In this document: positions 50,479-59,978 of the stretch, one piece after another | Numbering within the stretch: the stretch's first letter is position 1 | Layout of the letters: each line of letters starts with the position of its first letter | NCBI GenBank assembly: GCA_964520655.1 | Contig: CAZFNI010000003.1 | Coordinates: 70,220 to 134,219, forward strand | From: an uncultured Planctomycetales bacterium | GTDB taxonomy: Bacteria > Omnitrophota > Gorgyraeia > Zapsychrales > Fredricksoniimonadaceae | Direction of reading: 5' to 3' | Length of the DNA stretch: 64,000 nt | Translations under genes and position numbers: made by a program | Notes under the pieces: generated by a model | What the model was told of the DNA's origin: nothing | Seen by the model: the letters and a program-made list of their open reading frames with translations, nothing else | Databases searched by the model: none

Positions 50479-51799
50479 TTATGTATAACGGCGCGATCGG
50501 CAGGCAATAGCGGGTGAGGATAAAGAAAAAGGAATACGTACTGATAAAAAGAAGAATGAATGCTCCCACCATGTTCATGATCAAGGAATTCTTGCCCTGA
50601 AGGCTGTTCCACCCTAGAAAGAAGATGGCGGCGATGGTCACAAGGCTGACAAGCAGGCGGAGCAGATCTTTAAAAGCGGCGTGCGTATAGATACGTTGAA
50701 GCCAATCAGGGTATTGAACAAACCCGATCTGTGTTGATTCCCAGAAAAACATTTTGATCCCTTCAAGGATGGTCCAAGCGGCATATTGCAGAGGATTGGA
50801 CAGTGCATGCCGGGCGGAGGCTTTCAGCAATTCCTGATTAATGGCTTCAGGGGATTGGAGGGCATTTCTTAAATGGGTCATTTTCACCATGCCTAAGTCA
50901 TCAGATTTCTTATATGACCAGAAGTCGCAGGTGTTGCTGTCAAAGAAATGTTTGCATACGCCTTCGCCGGGAGTATAGGCGAGCCCGCTTAAGATACGTG
51001 TCGTGTCCATGGGCTGCATCCGGCGGGCTGTATTGCCGTATAAGGCCCAGGATGCCCTATTGGTTATGGCATATTGACCATTGATCGCGCGATTCACGTT
51101 CTTGTACATTTGCGTGGGCAGGAGGAATGCACAGAAACTCAATAGCGCGCACAAAAGGATTATTTTCCGATGATCTTGGTTTTTCCAAAGGGTCGTATAA
51201 AGAACGATGAAAAATAAGGGGGTGATGATCTCGAAAGAGGCTTTGACTAAGGTCAGCAGGAAAAAGGCAATGCCGATAAATAGGGCAAAAGCGATGCTTG
51301 GGCCCATGCGTTTGTTTTCAATAGACCGGGCTAGATGGTAGATCAGTAAAAATAAGGGCAAGATAAAGGGTAATGCTGCAATTTCTGAATATAAACTGAA
51401 GGCCATGTTATTGATCGCCGGCGAGAATCCCAGATAAAGCAGAGCGGCGGCGGCAATATGTTGTTGTATATTCAATATTTGCATCAAACGCAAGGCGCAG
51501 AGCTGATTAAGCCCCAGGATCACGCATCCCAATATGGTCAGGATGGGCTGATAGGGCAGATGATACCAGAAACCCATCTTCATGGAGAACGCGACCATTA
51601 AAGGGTAAACAGGTTCGCGATTGGGGCCGTCGAGGAAGTAATGCGGGAAAAATCCTTTGTCCGCGATCGATCGTCCCAGCGCTTCATACCCCAGCGCGTC
51701 TTGAGCTAGGATCATTTGGGAATGTGTTCCCAAATAAATCCACCAGATCCAGGAAAGGCCGATGCATAGCCAGGTCATTTGATCGAAACCTATTTGCAA
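50420..51799 (-). CDS. GT-C membrane glycosyltransferase, PMT_2/ArnT-like (GT39/83 family)
   Basis: More than 10 TM segments, with an N-terminal loop motif AQDALGYEALGRSIADKGFF resembling the PMT/ArnT first loop. Confidence 0.5.
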   Translation of the reverse strand: MQIGFDQMTWLCIGLSWIWWIYLGTHSQMILAQDALGYEALGRSIADKGFFPHYFLDGPNREPVYPLMVAFSMKMGFWYHLPYQPILTILGCVILGLNQLCALRLMQILNIQQHIAAAALLYLGFSPAINNMAFSLYSEIAALPFILPLFLLIYHLARSIENKRMGPSIAFALFIGIAFFLLTLVKASFEIITPLFFIVLYTTLWKNQDHRKIILLCALLSFCAFLLPTQMYKNVNRAINGQYAITNRASWALYGNTARRMQPMDTTRILSGLAYTPGEGVCKHFFDSNTCDFWSYKKSDDLGMVKMTHLRNALQSPEAINQELLKASARHALSNPLQYAAWTILEGIKMFFWESTQIGFVQYPDWLQRIYTHAAFKDLLRLLVSLVTIAAIFFLGWNSLQGKNSLIMNMVGAFILLFISTYSFFFILTRYCLPIAPLYIIVIAYTANILYNNRHAKHQ

Positions 51800-51893
51800 T
51801 GATTTTTAGTTTGCAGTTATTCTGATAATAAATTATTATTGTACAGCTTATCAATATTGTCCAACGCTTACAAGCACACATTTTACAGACATT

Positions 51894-53615
51894 ATGTATA
51901 TTCTCGGCATCAGCAGTTTTTCCCATGAATCATCCTGTTCTCTGATCAAGGATGGCCGTATTGTGTCCGTCATTGAAGAGGAGAGGCTCAACCGCGAGAA
52001 GCATACCTGGAAATACCCTGCCAATGCCATTGCCCAATGTTTGGCCATGGAAAATATCACCATCAATGACGTTGAGCACATTACGTTTTTCTGGGCGCCC
52101 AACCGCGAGATCGTCGGCAACCTGAAGCATTTCCTGAAATATTTCCCCGCCAGTCTGAATTTATTGAAAAGCCCTTCCGGCGGCGGCGATCTGTCGTTTT
52201 TCGAGCGTGTGAAGGCCATGAATAATGTCGGCAAGCGTATTGCCAAGCAGTTTAACTTGGCGGTCATTCCGGAAGTGGAGTTCATCGAACACCATCTGGC
52301 CCATGCGGCCAGCTGTTTTTTTGTCTCGCCATATAAGGAAGCGGCGATCCTGACGATCGACGGCCGTGGGGAGTCGACATCGACGATGATGTCCGTCGGC
52401 CGCGGCAATAAGATCAGCAAGTTAGTTGAGATCAAGGTCCCGCATTCCCTGGGACATCTTTATGCGGCGCTGACTGATCATCTGGGTTTTAAGCCGTTCT
52501 TTGATGAATGGAAAGTCATGGGCATGTCCGCTTATGGACAGGATACTTTTGTGAAAGAGTTTGAAAAATTGGTGATCTTGCTGCCTGACGGTACATACCG
52601 TCTGAATCTGGACTATATGAGTTTCCATACGCATGGCGGCGGACGGTGGTTATCAGATAAGTTCATCCGAACATTCGGACATAAACGCGGCCCGAAAGAA
52701 GAATGTCACCAAAGTCATTTTGATCTGGCTTTTGCGCTGCAAAAGACCATTGAGAGAACAGGCGTGCATTTAGCCAACGGCATTTATGAGCGCACCAAGA
52801 TGGAGAACCTGTGCATGACCGGCGGCGTGGTGCTTAATTGCCTGATGAATAAACGTATTGTTGAAGAAACGCCGTTTAAGAATTTCTTTTTCCAACCCAT
52901 TGCCAATGATGCCGGGACATCGCTTGGGAGCGCATTGTATTATCATCATCAGGAATTAGACAGACCACGCGGGTTTGTTTTCGACAGTCCGTATTTGGGG
53001 GTGGCATTTGATGATGAGGCCATTGAATCAGCTCTGAAGCAAGAGGGTTTAAAATACGTGAAAAGCCAGAACATCGCCAAAGATACCGCCGCATTAATCG
53101 CTCAGGGCAAGATCGTCGGATGGTTCCAGGGGCGCATGGAGGCTGGTCCCCGGGCGCTGGGGCATCGCAGCATTGTGGTTGACCCGACCAAGGCTTCCAT
53201 GAAGGATAAACTCAACGCAAGGGTCAAGCGCCGCGAGATGTTCCGTCCTTTTGCTCCGTCGGTTCTGGAAGAGAAAGCCAGCGATTATTTTATCATGCCC
53301 AAAGGACAGGCATCTCCTTACATGATCTTGATCGCTGATGTCAGACCTGAGAAGCGCGCTGTCCTGCCGGCAGTGACGCACAAAGACGGCACAGCCCGCG
53401 TCCATACGGTCAGCCGCAAAACGGCTCCGGAATATTGGGACCTGATCAATGAGTTTGGTAAGATCTCCGGCGTTCCGGTGTTGTTGAACACTTCTTTTAA
53501 TGAGAACGAACCCATCGTGTGCACACCGCAGGAAGCGGTCAATTGTTTTCTGCGTACGGAATTCGACGTTCTTGCGATAGGCAATTTCCTGGTGGTCAAA
53601 AATGCCCTGGCATAA
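51894..53615 (+). CDS. Carbamoyltransferase (NodU/CmcH family)
   Basis: An N-terminal YILGIS.SHESS ASKHA fold, HHLAHAAS and the C-terminal carbamoyltransferase domain. Confidence 0.85.
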   Translation: MYILGISSFSHESSCSLIKDGRIVSVIEEERLNREKHTWKYPANAIAQCLAMENITINDVEHITFFWAPNREIVGNLKHFLKYFPASLNLLKSPSGGGDLSFFERVKAMNNVGKRIAKQFNLAVIPEVEFIEHHLAHAASCFFVSPYKEAAILTIDGRGESTSTMMSVGRGNKISKLVEIKVPHSLGHLYAALTDHLGFKPFFDEWKVMGMSAYGQDTFVKEFEKLVILLPDGTYRLNLDYMSFHTHGGGRWLSDKFIRTFGHKRGPKEECHQSHFDLAFALQKTIERTGVHLANGIYERTKMENLCMTGGVVLNCLMNKRIVEETPFKNFFFQPIANDAGTSLGSALYYHHQELDRPRGFVFDSPYLGVAFDDEAIESALKQEGLKYVKSQNIAKDTAALIAQGKIVGWFQGRMEAGPRALGHRSIVVDPTKASMKDKLNARVKRREMFRPFAPSVLEEKASDYFIMPKGQASPYMILIADVRPEKRAVLPAVTHKDGTARVHTVSRKTAPEYWDLINEFGKISGVPVLLNTSFNENEPIVCTPQEAVNCFLRTEFDVLAIGNFLVVKNALA

Positions 53616-54837
53616 AGCGTATTATTACCGTCTGCGCGCCAAGCAATACGCGTATTTTATCCCTGAAAATAAGAAAGTATTAGAGATCGGCCCAGAGGGG
53701 AACCTCGACCATGCCGTCAGGGGTATGCGTTATGATTATATTATCCTCGCCGGGACTTTGGGGGGGCAAAGTGATATCCAGCAGTACCTTGTTGATCTGC
53801 GCGTGTTCTGTCACGCCGATACCCGCATCATCGTCGAGTATTATAGCTATCTGTGGCAGTATCTGCTTAAAATGACGGAAACGTTAGGGTTAAAAGACAG
53901 GCAAAAGACGCAAAATTGGCTGACTTGGGGAGATATCGAGAATTTTTTAAGGCTTGCGGATTATGACCCGATCAAGCGGGAGCGCGCCATCCTTTTTCCC
54001 GTGCAGATCTGGGGCATCAGTTATCTGATCAACAGGTATATCGCCAAGCTTCCTCTGTTTAACGCATTGACCTTAAACCATTTTATCATCGCCCGCCCGG
54101 TGTACCCGGATATAAAAGAGCGTTCCGTGACGATCTTAGTGCCTTGCCGTAATGAACGCGGCAATATCGAGGCGGCCATCACCCGGACGCCGGCGTTCGG
54201 GACGCGGCAGGAATTTATTTTTGTCGAGGGACATTCTAAGGACGGTACCTATGAAGAAGTGGAGAGGGTGATCAAGGCGTTCCCTGATAAGGATATTCGT
54301 CTGTATAAACAGGAAGGGGTTGGCAAGGGTGACGCGGTGCGGTTTGGTTTTAGCAAAGCCAAGAACGAGGTCTTGATGATCCTAGACGCCGATCTGACAA
54401 CACCGCCGGAGGATATGCCGAAATTCTATAACGCGATCAAAAGCGGCAAAGGAGAGTTCATCAACGGCTGCCGGCTTATTTATCCGATGGAAGATGAAGC
54501 CATGCGTTTCTTAAACCTTCTGGCTAATAAGTTCTTTGGTATTTTCTTCACCTGGCTGCTCGGCCAGCGCTTTAAAGACACACTGTGCGGGACAAAGGTC
54601 ATTTTAAAGCACCATTATGAAGAGCTTGCGGCCAACCGGCATTATTTCGGGGATTTTGATCCATTCGGGGATTTTGACCTGATCTTCGGGGCGGTGAAGC
54701 TTAACCTCAAGGTGGTGGAAGTTCCGATCCGTTATAAGAACCGCATGTACGGTACGACCCAGATCCAGCGTTTCCGTCACGGACTGCTGTTGTTTAAGAT
54801 GTGCGGTTTCGCGATGAAAAAGATCAAGTTCATCTAA
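53602..54837 (+). CDS. GT2 polyprenol-phosphate sugar transferase (ArnC/Dpm1-like) with ~190-aa N-terminal extension
   Basis: The C-terminal SVTILVPCRNE...LDADLTTPPED GT2 pattern plus C-terminal helices. The N-terminal extension has a weak methyltransferase-like VLEIGPEG. Confidence 0.7.
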   Translation: MPWHKAYYYRLRAKQYAYFIPENKKVLEIGPEGNLDHAVRGMRYDYIILAGTLGGQSDIQQYLVDLRVFCHADTRIIVEYYSYLWQYLLKMTETLGLKDRQKTQNWLTWGDIENFLRLADYDPIKRERAILFPVQIWGISYLINRYIAKLPLFNALTLNHFIIARPVYPDIKERSVTILVPCRNERGNIEAAITRTPAFGTRQEFIFVEGHSKDGTYEEVERVIKAFPDKDIRLYKQEGVGKGDAVRFGFSKAKNEVLMILDADLTTPPEDMPKFYNAIKSGKGEFINGCRLIYPMEDEAMRFLNLLANKFFGIFFTWLLGQRFKDTLCGTKVILKHHYEELAANRHYFGDFDPFGDFDLIFGAVKLNLKVVEVPIRYKNRMYGTTQIQRFRHGLLLFKMCGFAMKKIKFI

Positions 54838-54839
54838 TC

Positions 54840-55973
54840 ATGAAGAAATATATCCTCTCTGTTGTTATCTTCCTGTTGGCGCTTGGCACGGGTTTCTGGA
54901 TCGCCGGGCATAAACCCCTCTGGAATGATGAAATTTTCACGACGGTCAGCAGCGTTCATCATCAATCGTTCTGGGCGATGATCCAGGGGCATATCCCTGA
55001 AGGGGGCAATGCGCCGCTGTTTTATATCCTGCAAAAAGCGGTCATCGCGGTGACAGGCTATCAGGTCCATCCTCCGTGGATCGCCGGTGACTGGGGAACG
55101 AAAGACCCGACCGGCCAATGGGTGCTGCGCATTATCCCGGTTGTGAGCATGTCTCTTTCGATCGCGCTGTTGTTCCATTTCTTTGCTGTGTATTATTCAC
55201 GGCTGTCGGCTTTTTTAAGTGTTTTTATTTATCTGTCGTCGTATATGCTTTGGGTGTATTGGGCAGAGGCCAGGCCTTATGCATTGTTTGTGCTGCTGAC
55301 GACAATGCAGTTGCTGCTTTTAGTTAAGCGCATTGTTTTGAAAGATGAGCGTCCTGATGTTTTGCGCGGGCTGTGTCTGGTCCATGTCCTTTTGGCGCTG
55401 ACCTCGATCTTAAGTTTCGGCCAAATCCTGGCCGCGGGGGTTGTGCTGTGGGGTTCTTCCTTAAAAGATCGTCGATGGCATGCCGGTCTTCTTATGGTTC
55501 CTTTGCTGATCATTGCGTATTATTATTCTCAGGCTCCGCGTTTCGCGTTTTATTTTGATCTAACTCCGGAACAATTGATCCGGGATAATATTTCCCGTGA
55601 TCGGTTTTATATCTTAGGGGGATTTGTCGCTGCGTATTTGTGGCTAAAGCAGCAGAAAGAATCCCTGGCCCGTCTTGGGCCCTATCTGCTTTTTTTAGCT
55701 GGGGTGATGACAACGACGGCATTGGTCATGGGAGCTTTTGTCCTTTCCTCAAAGGCCAAAGGCGAAGGGTTTCCCATCTCCAGCCGTTATTTCATTTATT
55801 TAATGCCCGTCGGTGTGATGGCGGTAACGATGGGCATTGCCGAGTTGTGGCGCTTGCTGTCGCGATGGCGTTTTATCCAGGTCGGGTATGCGTTATTGAT
55901 CGCGGGTTTGCTGCTGCCTAAATTCTTTAAGATCGTACCAAGGGCCATTCATTCCATTCTGGGAGGTGCATGA
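54840..55973 (+). CDS. Polytopic membrane protein, putative GT-C glycosyltransferase (PMT/ArnT-like, short form)
   Basis: Multiple TM segments, a WNDEIFT first-loop motif and GNAPLFYILQK. Paralog of the next gene. Confidence 0.45.
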   Translation: MKKYILSVVIFLLALGTGFWIAGHKPLWNDEIFTTVSSVHHQSFWAMIQGHIPEGGNAPLFYILQKAVIAVTGYQVHPPWIAGDWGTKDPTGQWVLRIIPVVSMSLSIALLFHFFAVYYSRLSAFLSVFIYLSSYMLWVYWAEARPYALFVLLTTMQLLLLVKRIVLKDERPDVLRGLCLVHVLLALTSILSFGQILAAGVVLWGSSLKDRRWHAGLLMVPLLIIAYYYSQAPRFAFYFDLTPEQLIRDNISRDRFYILGGFVAAYLWLKQQKESLARLGPYLLFLAGVMTTTALVMGAFVLSSKAKGEGFPISSRYFIYLMPVGVMAVTMGIAELWRLLSRWRFIQVGYALLIAGLLLPKFFKIVPRAIHSILGGA

Positions 55974-57121
55974 TGCATCGTCGGTGGCGTATCGCGGGAG
56001 TGTCGCTGTTGATCTTCATGGTGTTATGTTATTGCTGGTTATCCAAAGCCCGCCAGCATCCAATGGAGAATGATGAACTCTACTCTCAGACATCCAGCAT
56101 TGCCCAGCGGTCCTATCTGGACATGCTGACAGGCAAGATCGAGGAGGGCAATAATACCCCGTTATTTTACGCCCTTCAAAAGATGGTTGAGCAAATATCG
56201 CAGTATCAGACGCCGCAGGAGTGGACTAAAGGGCAGTGGGGATTCAGGCATCAAGAGTCAAACGTCATTTTGCGCATTGTTCCGGTCGTCTGCATGGCCG
56301 CCGGGGTTTCTCTGATCTTTTATTATTTTGCCATGCATGGGCATATTCTGCTGGGGATATACGCGCTGTTGGTGTCCTTGACCTCATACATGGTCTTTAC
56401 CTATGGGGCCCAAGCCAGGCCGTACGCGTTATGGTTTACGCTCACGGTCATCCAGATCGTGCTGTTGTTGCGCGTGATCGCGGTCAAGCCCAAAGACCAG
56501 GGGCGTTACATGTGGGGATTGGTGGCCGTGCATGTGCTATTGTCATTGACAGTCATTTTTAGCATCATTCAAAATACAGCGGTGTGTCTGATCTTGTGGG
56601 TATGGGGGCACAAGCGGCTGCGGGATCATGTCCTGTTAGGGGGCATTCCGACGGCCATCGTGATGTTCTATTACACACATTCCCCAAAATATCATTTTTG
56701 GTTCGCGGAAGGCTTCGATAAATTGCTGGGAGCCAGTTTACCTCTCGATCGCCTGGGGTTGATCCTGCTGGCGCTGTGTGTGTGGGCCCTCGCCCAGGCG
56801 CCGTGGTTTAAGAAATGGTTTACCGCTGTTCCTAAAGCGCAGGTCAATATCCTGGGGGCGGCGTTGATCTTTGGGGCGATCATTTATGCCGGATGTATCG
56901 CGGTGTTGTATAAGTTTAAGATGGACGCCTACCCGTATATGGAGGGATTTCAGGTCTCAAACCGCTATTTTATGGTCCTTGCGCCCGCGGGGATCTTTCT
57001 CAACACGTTCGCTGCGCATTATCTAGCAACATGTCCGAAAGGTGTTCTAAAGAAAACCGCGTGGGGTCTGCTTATCCTGCTGTTAGTCTATCGCGTTATC
57101 CGAACGCCCTGGTTTTCCTAA
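55970..57121 (+). CDS. Polytopic membrane protein, putative GT-C glycosyltransferase, tandem paralog
   Basis: An ENDELYS motif and NNTPLFYALQK, collinear with the upstream paralog. ATGATG overlap. Confidence 0.45.
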   Translation: MMHRRWRIAGVSLLIFMVLCYCWLSKARQHPMENDELYSQTSSIAQRSYLDMLTGKIEEGNNTPLFYALQKMVEQISQYQTPQEWTKGQWGFRHQESNVILRIVPVVCMAAGVSLIFYYFAMHGHILLGIYALLVSLTSYMVFTYGAQARPYALWFTLTVIQIVLLLRVIAVKPKDQGRYMWGLVAVHVLLSLTVIFSIIQNTAVCLILWVWGHKRLRDHVLLGGIPTAIVMFYYTHSPKYHFWFAEGFDKLLGASLPLDRLGLILLALCVWALAQAPWFKKWFTAVPKAQVNILGAALIFGAIIYAGCIAVLYKFKMDAYPYMEGFQVSNRYFMVLAPAGIFLNTFAAHYLATCPKGVLKKTAWGLLILLLVYRVIRTPWFS

Positions 57122-57138
57122 AAGGGGTGCATTAAAGC

Positions 57139-57186
57139 TTGACAGAGGGACAGGAGGATTTATAATACAGCGTTCAATAATTGAAC
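57139..57186 (+). promoter_or_regulatory. Putative sigma70 promoter with an adjacent perfect palindrome (candidate operator)
   Basis: TTGACA, a 16-nt spacer, then TATAAT at 57139-57166. Immediately downstream is the palindrome gttcaataattgaac at 57172-57186. Confidence 0.45.
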
Positions 57187-57201
57187 TTATGTTAAGTCCT
57201 T

Positions 57202-57747
57202 ATGCCTAAAGACGTTTTAAATGAACGGGAATTTGAATTGGTTAATATCGTCGGCGCCCAAATGGCGGACAGCCAGCGCGATCTTTCCCGTCAGCTCAAT
57301 ATGTCTCTTGGCATGACCAATATGCTCATAAAGCGTTTGGTCACAAAAGGTTATATCCGCATTCAGCAGCTCAATTCCCGCAAAGTACAGTACTTGTTGA
57401 CCCCCAAAGGTTTTTCTGAAAAGATGCGCAAATCGGTCAAATATACGTTAAAGACCATCAACTCGATTTCTTTGATCAAAGAGCGTTTAAAAGTCATCCT
57501 CAAAGACCACCATATTGCCGGCACAAGGCGATTTTATGTGGTGGGTAAATCCGATCTGGCGTATTTGATCGACATTGTCATTAAAGAAGAACATTTGGCG
57601 GATTGCCAGGTCATCCACTGCACGGAGTATCCTAAAGATACGCAGGGCGGGGTGGTGTTGATATGCACCGAAGAGGATGATACCTTGCCAGTCCAGGGCA
57701 ACAGCATTCGTTTGATCCATGAATTAGCAAAGGATTTGGTGGCATGA
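57202..57747 (+). CDS. Winged-helix transcriptional regulator (MarR-like N-terminal wHTH) with uncharacterised C-terminal domain
   Basis: A MarR-like N-terminal helix-turn-helix followed by an uncharacterised C-terminal domain; the gene sits directly downstream of the predicted promoter/operator at 57139-57186. Confidence 0.55.
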   Translation: MPKDVLNEREFELVNIVGAQMADSQRDLSRQLNMSLGMTNMLIKRLVTKGYIRIQQLNSRKVQYLLTPKGFSEKMRKSVKYTLKTINSISLIKERLKVILKDHHIAGTRRFYVVGKSDLAYLIDIVIKEEHLADCQVIHCTEYPKDTQGGVVLICTEEDDTLPVQGNSIRLIHELAKDLVA

Positions 57748-59060
57748 AACCGATCGATCAATGTTTAACAATGCAGGAACGCGCGAAAAAATACATCCCC
57801 GGCATGGGCCAGTTATTGTCCAAGCGTCCGGATATGTTCTCCCTCGGTGTTTGGCCTAGTTATTATGCGAAAGCCAAAGGCGCAGAGATCTGGGACTTAG
57901 ACGGCAATCACTATATCGATATGAGCATATCGGGTATAGGGGCGAATGTGCTGGGCTATGCGGACCCTGATATCGACGGGGCTGTTAAGGCGGCGATCGA
58001 TCTGGGCAGCAGTTCGTCGCTTAATTGCGCCGAGGAAGTGGAACTGGCAGAAGTCATGTGCCGGCTGCATCCGTGGGCAGGGCAGGCACGGTTTGCGCGC
58101 AGCGGCGGAGAAGCCATGGCGGTCGCGGTGCGCATCGCCCGGGCGCATACAGGTAAAGATAAGGTTGCGGTCTGCGGTTATCACGGCTGGCATGACTGGT
58201 ATTTGGCCGCCAATGTTGGGACAGAGAATGCATTAGGGGAACATTTGATCCCGGGTTTAAGTCCCGTTGGTGTACCCAAAGCATTAAAGGGTACGGCCCT
58301 GACGTTTCGCTACAACCATTTAGAGGATCTGAAAGCCATTGTCGAGACAAACAAGCGTGAGTTGGCTGCGATCGTGATGGAGCCGATCCGCAATATACAG
58401 CCGGCGGCGGGATTTTTGGAAGGCGTTGCTGCCTTAGCTAAAGAGGCCGGGGCTGTTTTTATCGTTGATGAGATATCGTCGGGCTTCCGTCTGAATTGCG
58501 GCGGGGCGCATTTGCTTTTTGGCGTTGATCCGGACATTGCCGTATTTTCTAAAGCACTGGGCAATGGCTATCCCATCGCGGTTATCCTTGGGAAGACAAA
58601 CGTCATGGAATCATCGCAAGCATCGTTTATCAGCTCGACGATGTGGACGGAGCGCATCGGTTCGACGGCGGCGCTGGCGGTGATCAAAAAATTTGAAACG
58701 CAGAATGTGGCGGAACATATCAATCGTTTGGGGAAGATGGTGCAGGAAGGCTGGGGTAAGGCATCAGAGCGAACAGGCGTTAATATAAGCGTAGGCGGGA
58801 TATATCCATTAAGTCATTTTGCTTTTGCCGATAATGCCGGGGTCAAGAAGGCTTATTTTATTCAGGAGATGCTGCCTTTGGGTTTTTTGGCGTCGAATTT
58901 GTTCTATCCGATGTTTGCTCATACTGAGGATCATGTGCGTTGCTATCTTGCTGCGGTTGAGCAGGTTTTTGGACGTATTGCGGAATTGGAGAAAGCGGAT
59001 AGTCTAGAGAATGCTTTAAAGGGAAAACCAGCTTCGGCAGGTTTTAAGCGGGTGACATAA
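57744..59060 (+). CDS. Class III PLP-dependent aminotransferase (glutamate-1-semialdehyde aminomutase-like)
   Basis: DEISSGFR and the PLP lysine SKALGNGYPIA, with GSA-AT family similarity. Confidence 0.8.
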   Translation: MKPIDQCLTMQERAKKYIPGMGQLLSKRPDMFSLGVWPSYYAKAKGAEIWDLDGNHYIDMSISGIGANVLGYADPDIDGAVKAAIDLGSSSSLNCAEEVELAEVMCRLHPWAGQARFARSGGEAMAVAVRIARAHTGKDKVAVCGYHGWHDWYLAANVGTENALGEHLIPGLSPVGVPKALKGTALTFRYNHLEDLKAIVETNKRELAAIVMEPIRNIQPAAGFLEGVAALAKEAGAVFIVDEISSGFRLNCGGAHLLFGVDPDIAVFSKALGNGYPIAVILGKTNVMESSQASFISSTMWTERIGSTAALAVIKKFETQNVAEHINRLGKMVQEGWGKASERTGVNISVGGIYPLSHFAFADNAGVKKAYFIQEMLPLGFLASNLFYPMFAHTEDHVRCYLAAVEQVFGRIAELEKADSLENALKGKPASAGFKRVT

Positions 59061-59978
59061 ATGCCGTCACGCCTGATGTTAGGTACAGCGCAATTGGGGA
59101 TTGTGCACGGGGTTAATAATCATGTGGGACCGCCTGATCCTCTTGTTGCTAAAGGGATTATTGAGGAGGCATACCGGCAGGGGATTACGGAATTTGATAC
59201 GGCCCAAGATTATGGCCCAAGTGAATCAATTTTAGGGGCGGCGTTTACAGCTTTAGGGATCATCGATAAGGTTAAGGTTTTTACCAAACTTAACCCAGCG
59301 ATAGATATACGCCAGCCGGCCGAAATCGCTAAAGCAGTACACAGTTCATTGGAATGTTTAAGGGTCAAATCATTGAGCGCATTGATGCTGCATCGGCAAG
59401 AACAATTGTCTGTTTGGAATGCACAGATATATCCGTCGTTATTACCGATGCAAAAAGAAGGTTTGGTGTCGCGTTTTGGCGTATCGGTTTATACACCGCA
59501 GGCGGCGCGGGAAGCGTTAGAGACGAAAGGGATTGATTGCGTTCAGATTCCGTCTAATATTCTGGACCAGCGTTTTGGAAGGGCGGGTATTTTCGATTTG
59601 GCCAAAGCCCGCGGCAAAGAAGTGTATGTGCGCAGCGTATATTTGCAAGGTCTGCTCTTGATGGACGAATCACGAATCCCTGAGGGGATCAAATTCGCGG
59701 CACCGTTTGTGCGTCAGGTTAAAGCGTTGGCCCAGCAATATAACGTCGCAATGGATGAATTGTGTTTAGGGTATGTTTTGGCGAAATGGCCGGATAGTAA
59801 AGTTGTTGTTGGCGCTGAATCAATCCAGCAGGTCGCCCGCAACGGAAAAATTGCGCGCCAACAGTTGCCGCAGGCATTGTTAAGCAACGCAGAGATTTTG
59901 TTTACGAATGTCGATGAACGCGTGGTGAATTTGTTGATGTGGCCTTGGGGTACACCGGGTCTTATGCGGAAAGGGTGA
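59061..59978 (+). CDS. Aldo/keto reductase
   Basis: LGTAQLG and the AKR fold pattern (FDTAQDYG). Confidence 0.8.
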   Translation: MPSRLMLGTAQLGIVHGVNNHVGPPDPLVAKGIIEEAYRQGITEFDTAQDYGPSESILGAAFTALGIIDKVKVFTKLNPAIDIRQPAEIAKAVHSSLECLRVKSLSALMLHRQEQLSVWNAQIYPSLLPMQKEGLVSRFGVSVYTPQAAREALETKGIDCVQIPSNILDQRFGRAGIFDLAKARGKEVYVRSVYLQGLLLMDESRIPEGIKFAAPFVRQVKALAQQYNVAMDELCLGYVLAKWPDSKVVVGAESIQQVARNGKIARQQLPQALLSNAEILFTNVDERVVNLLMWPWGTPGLMRKG

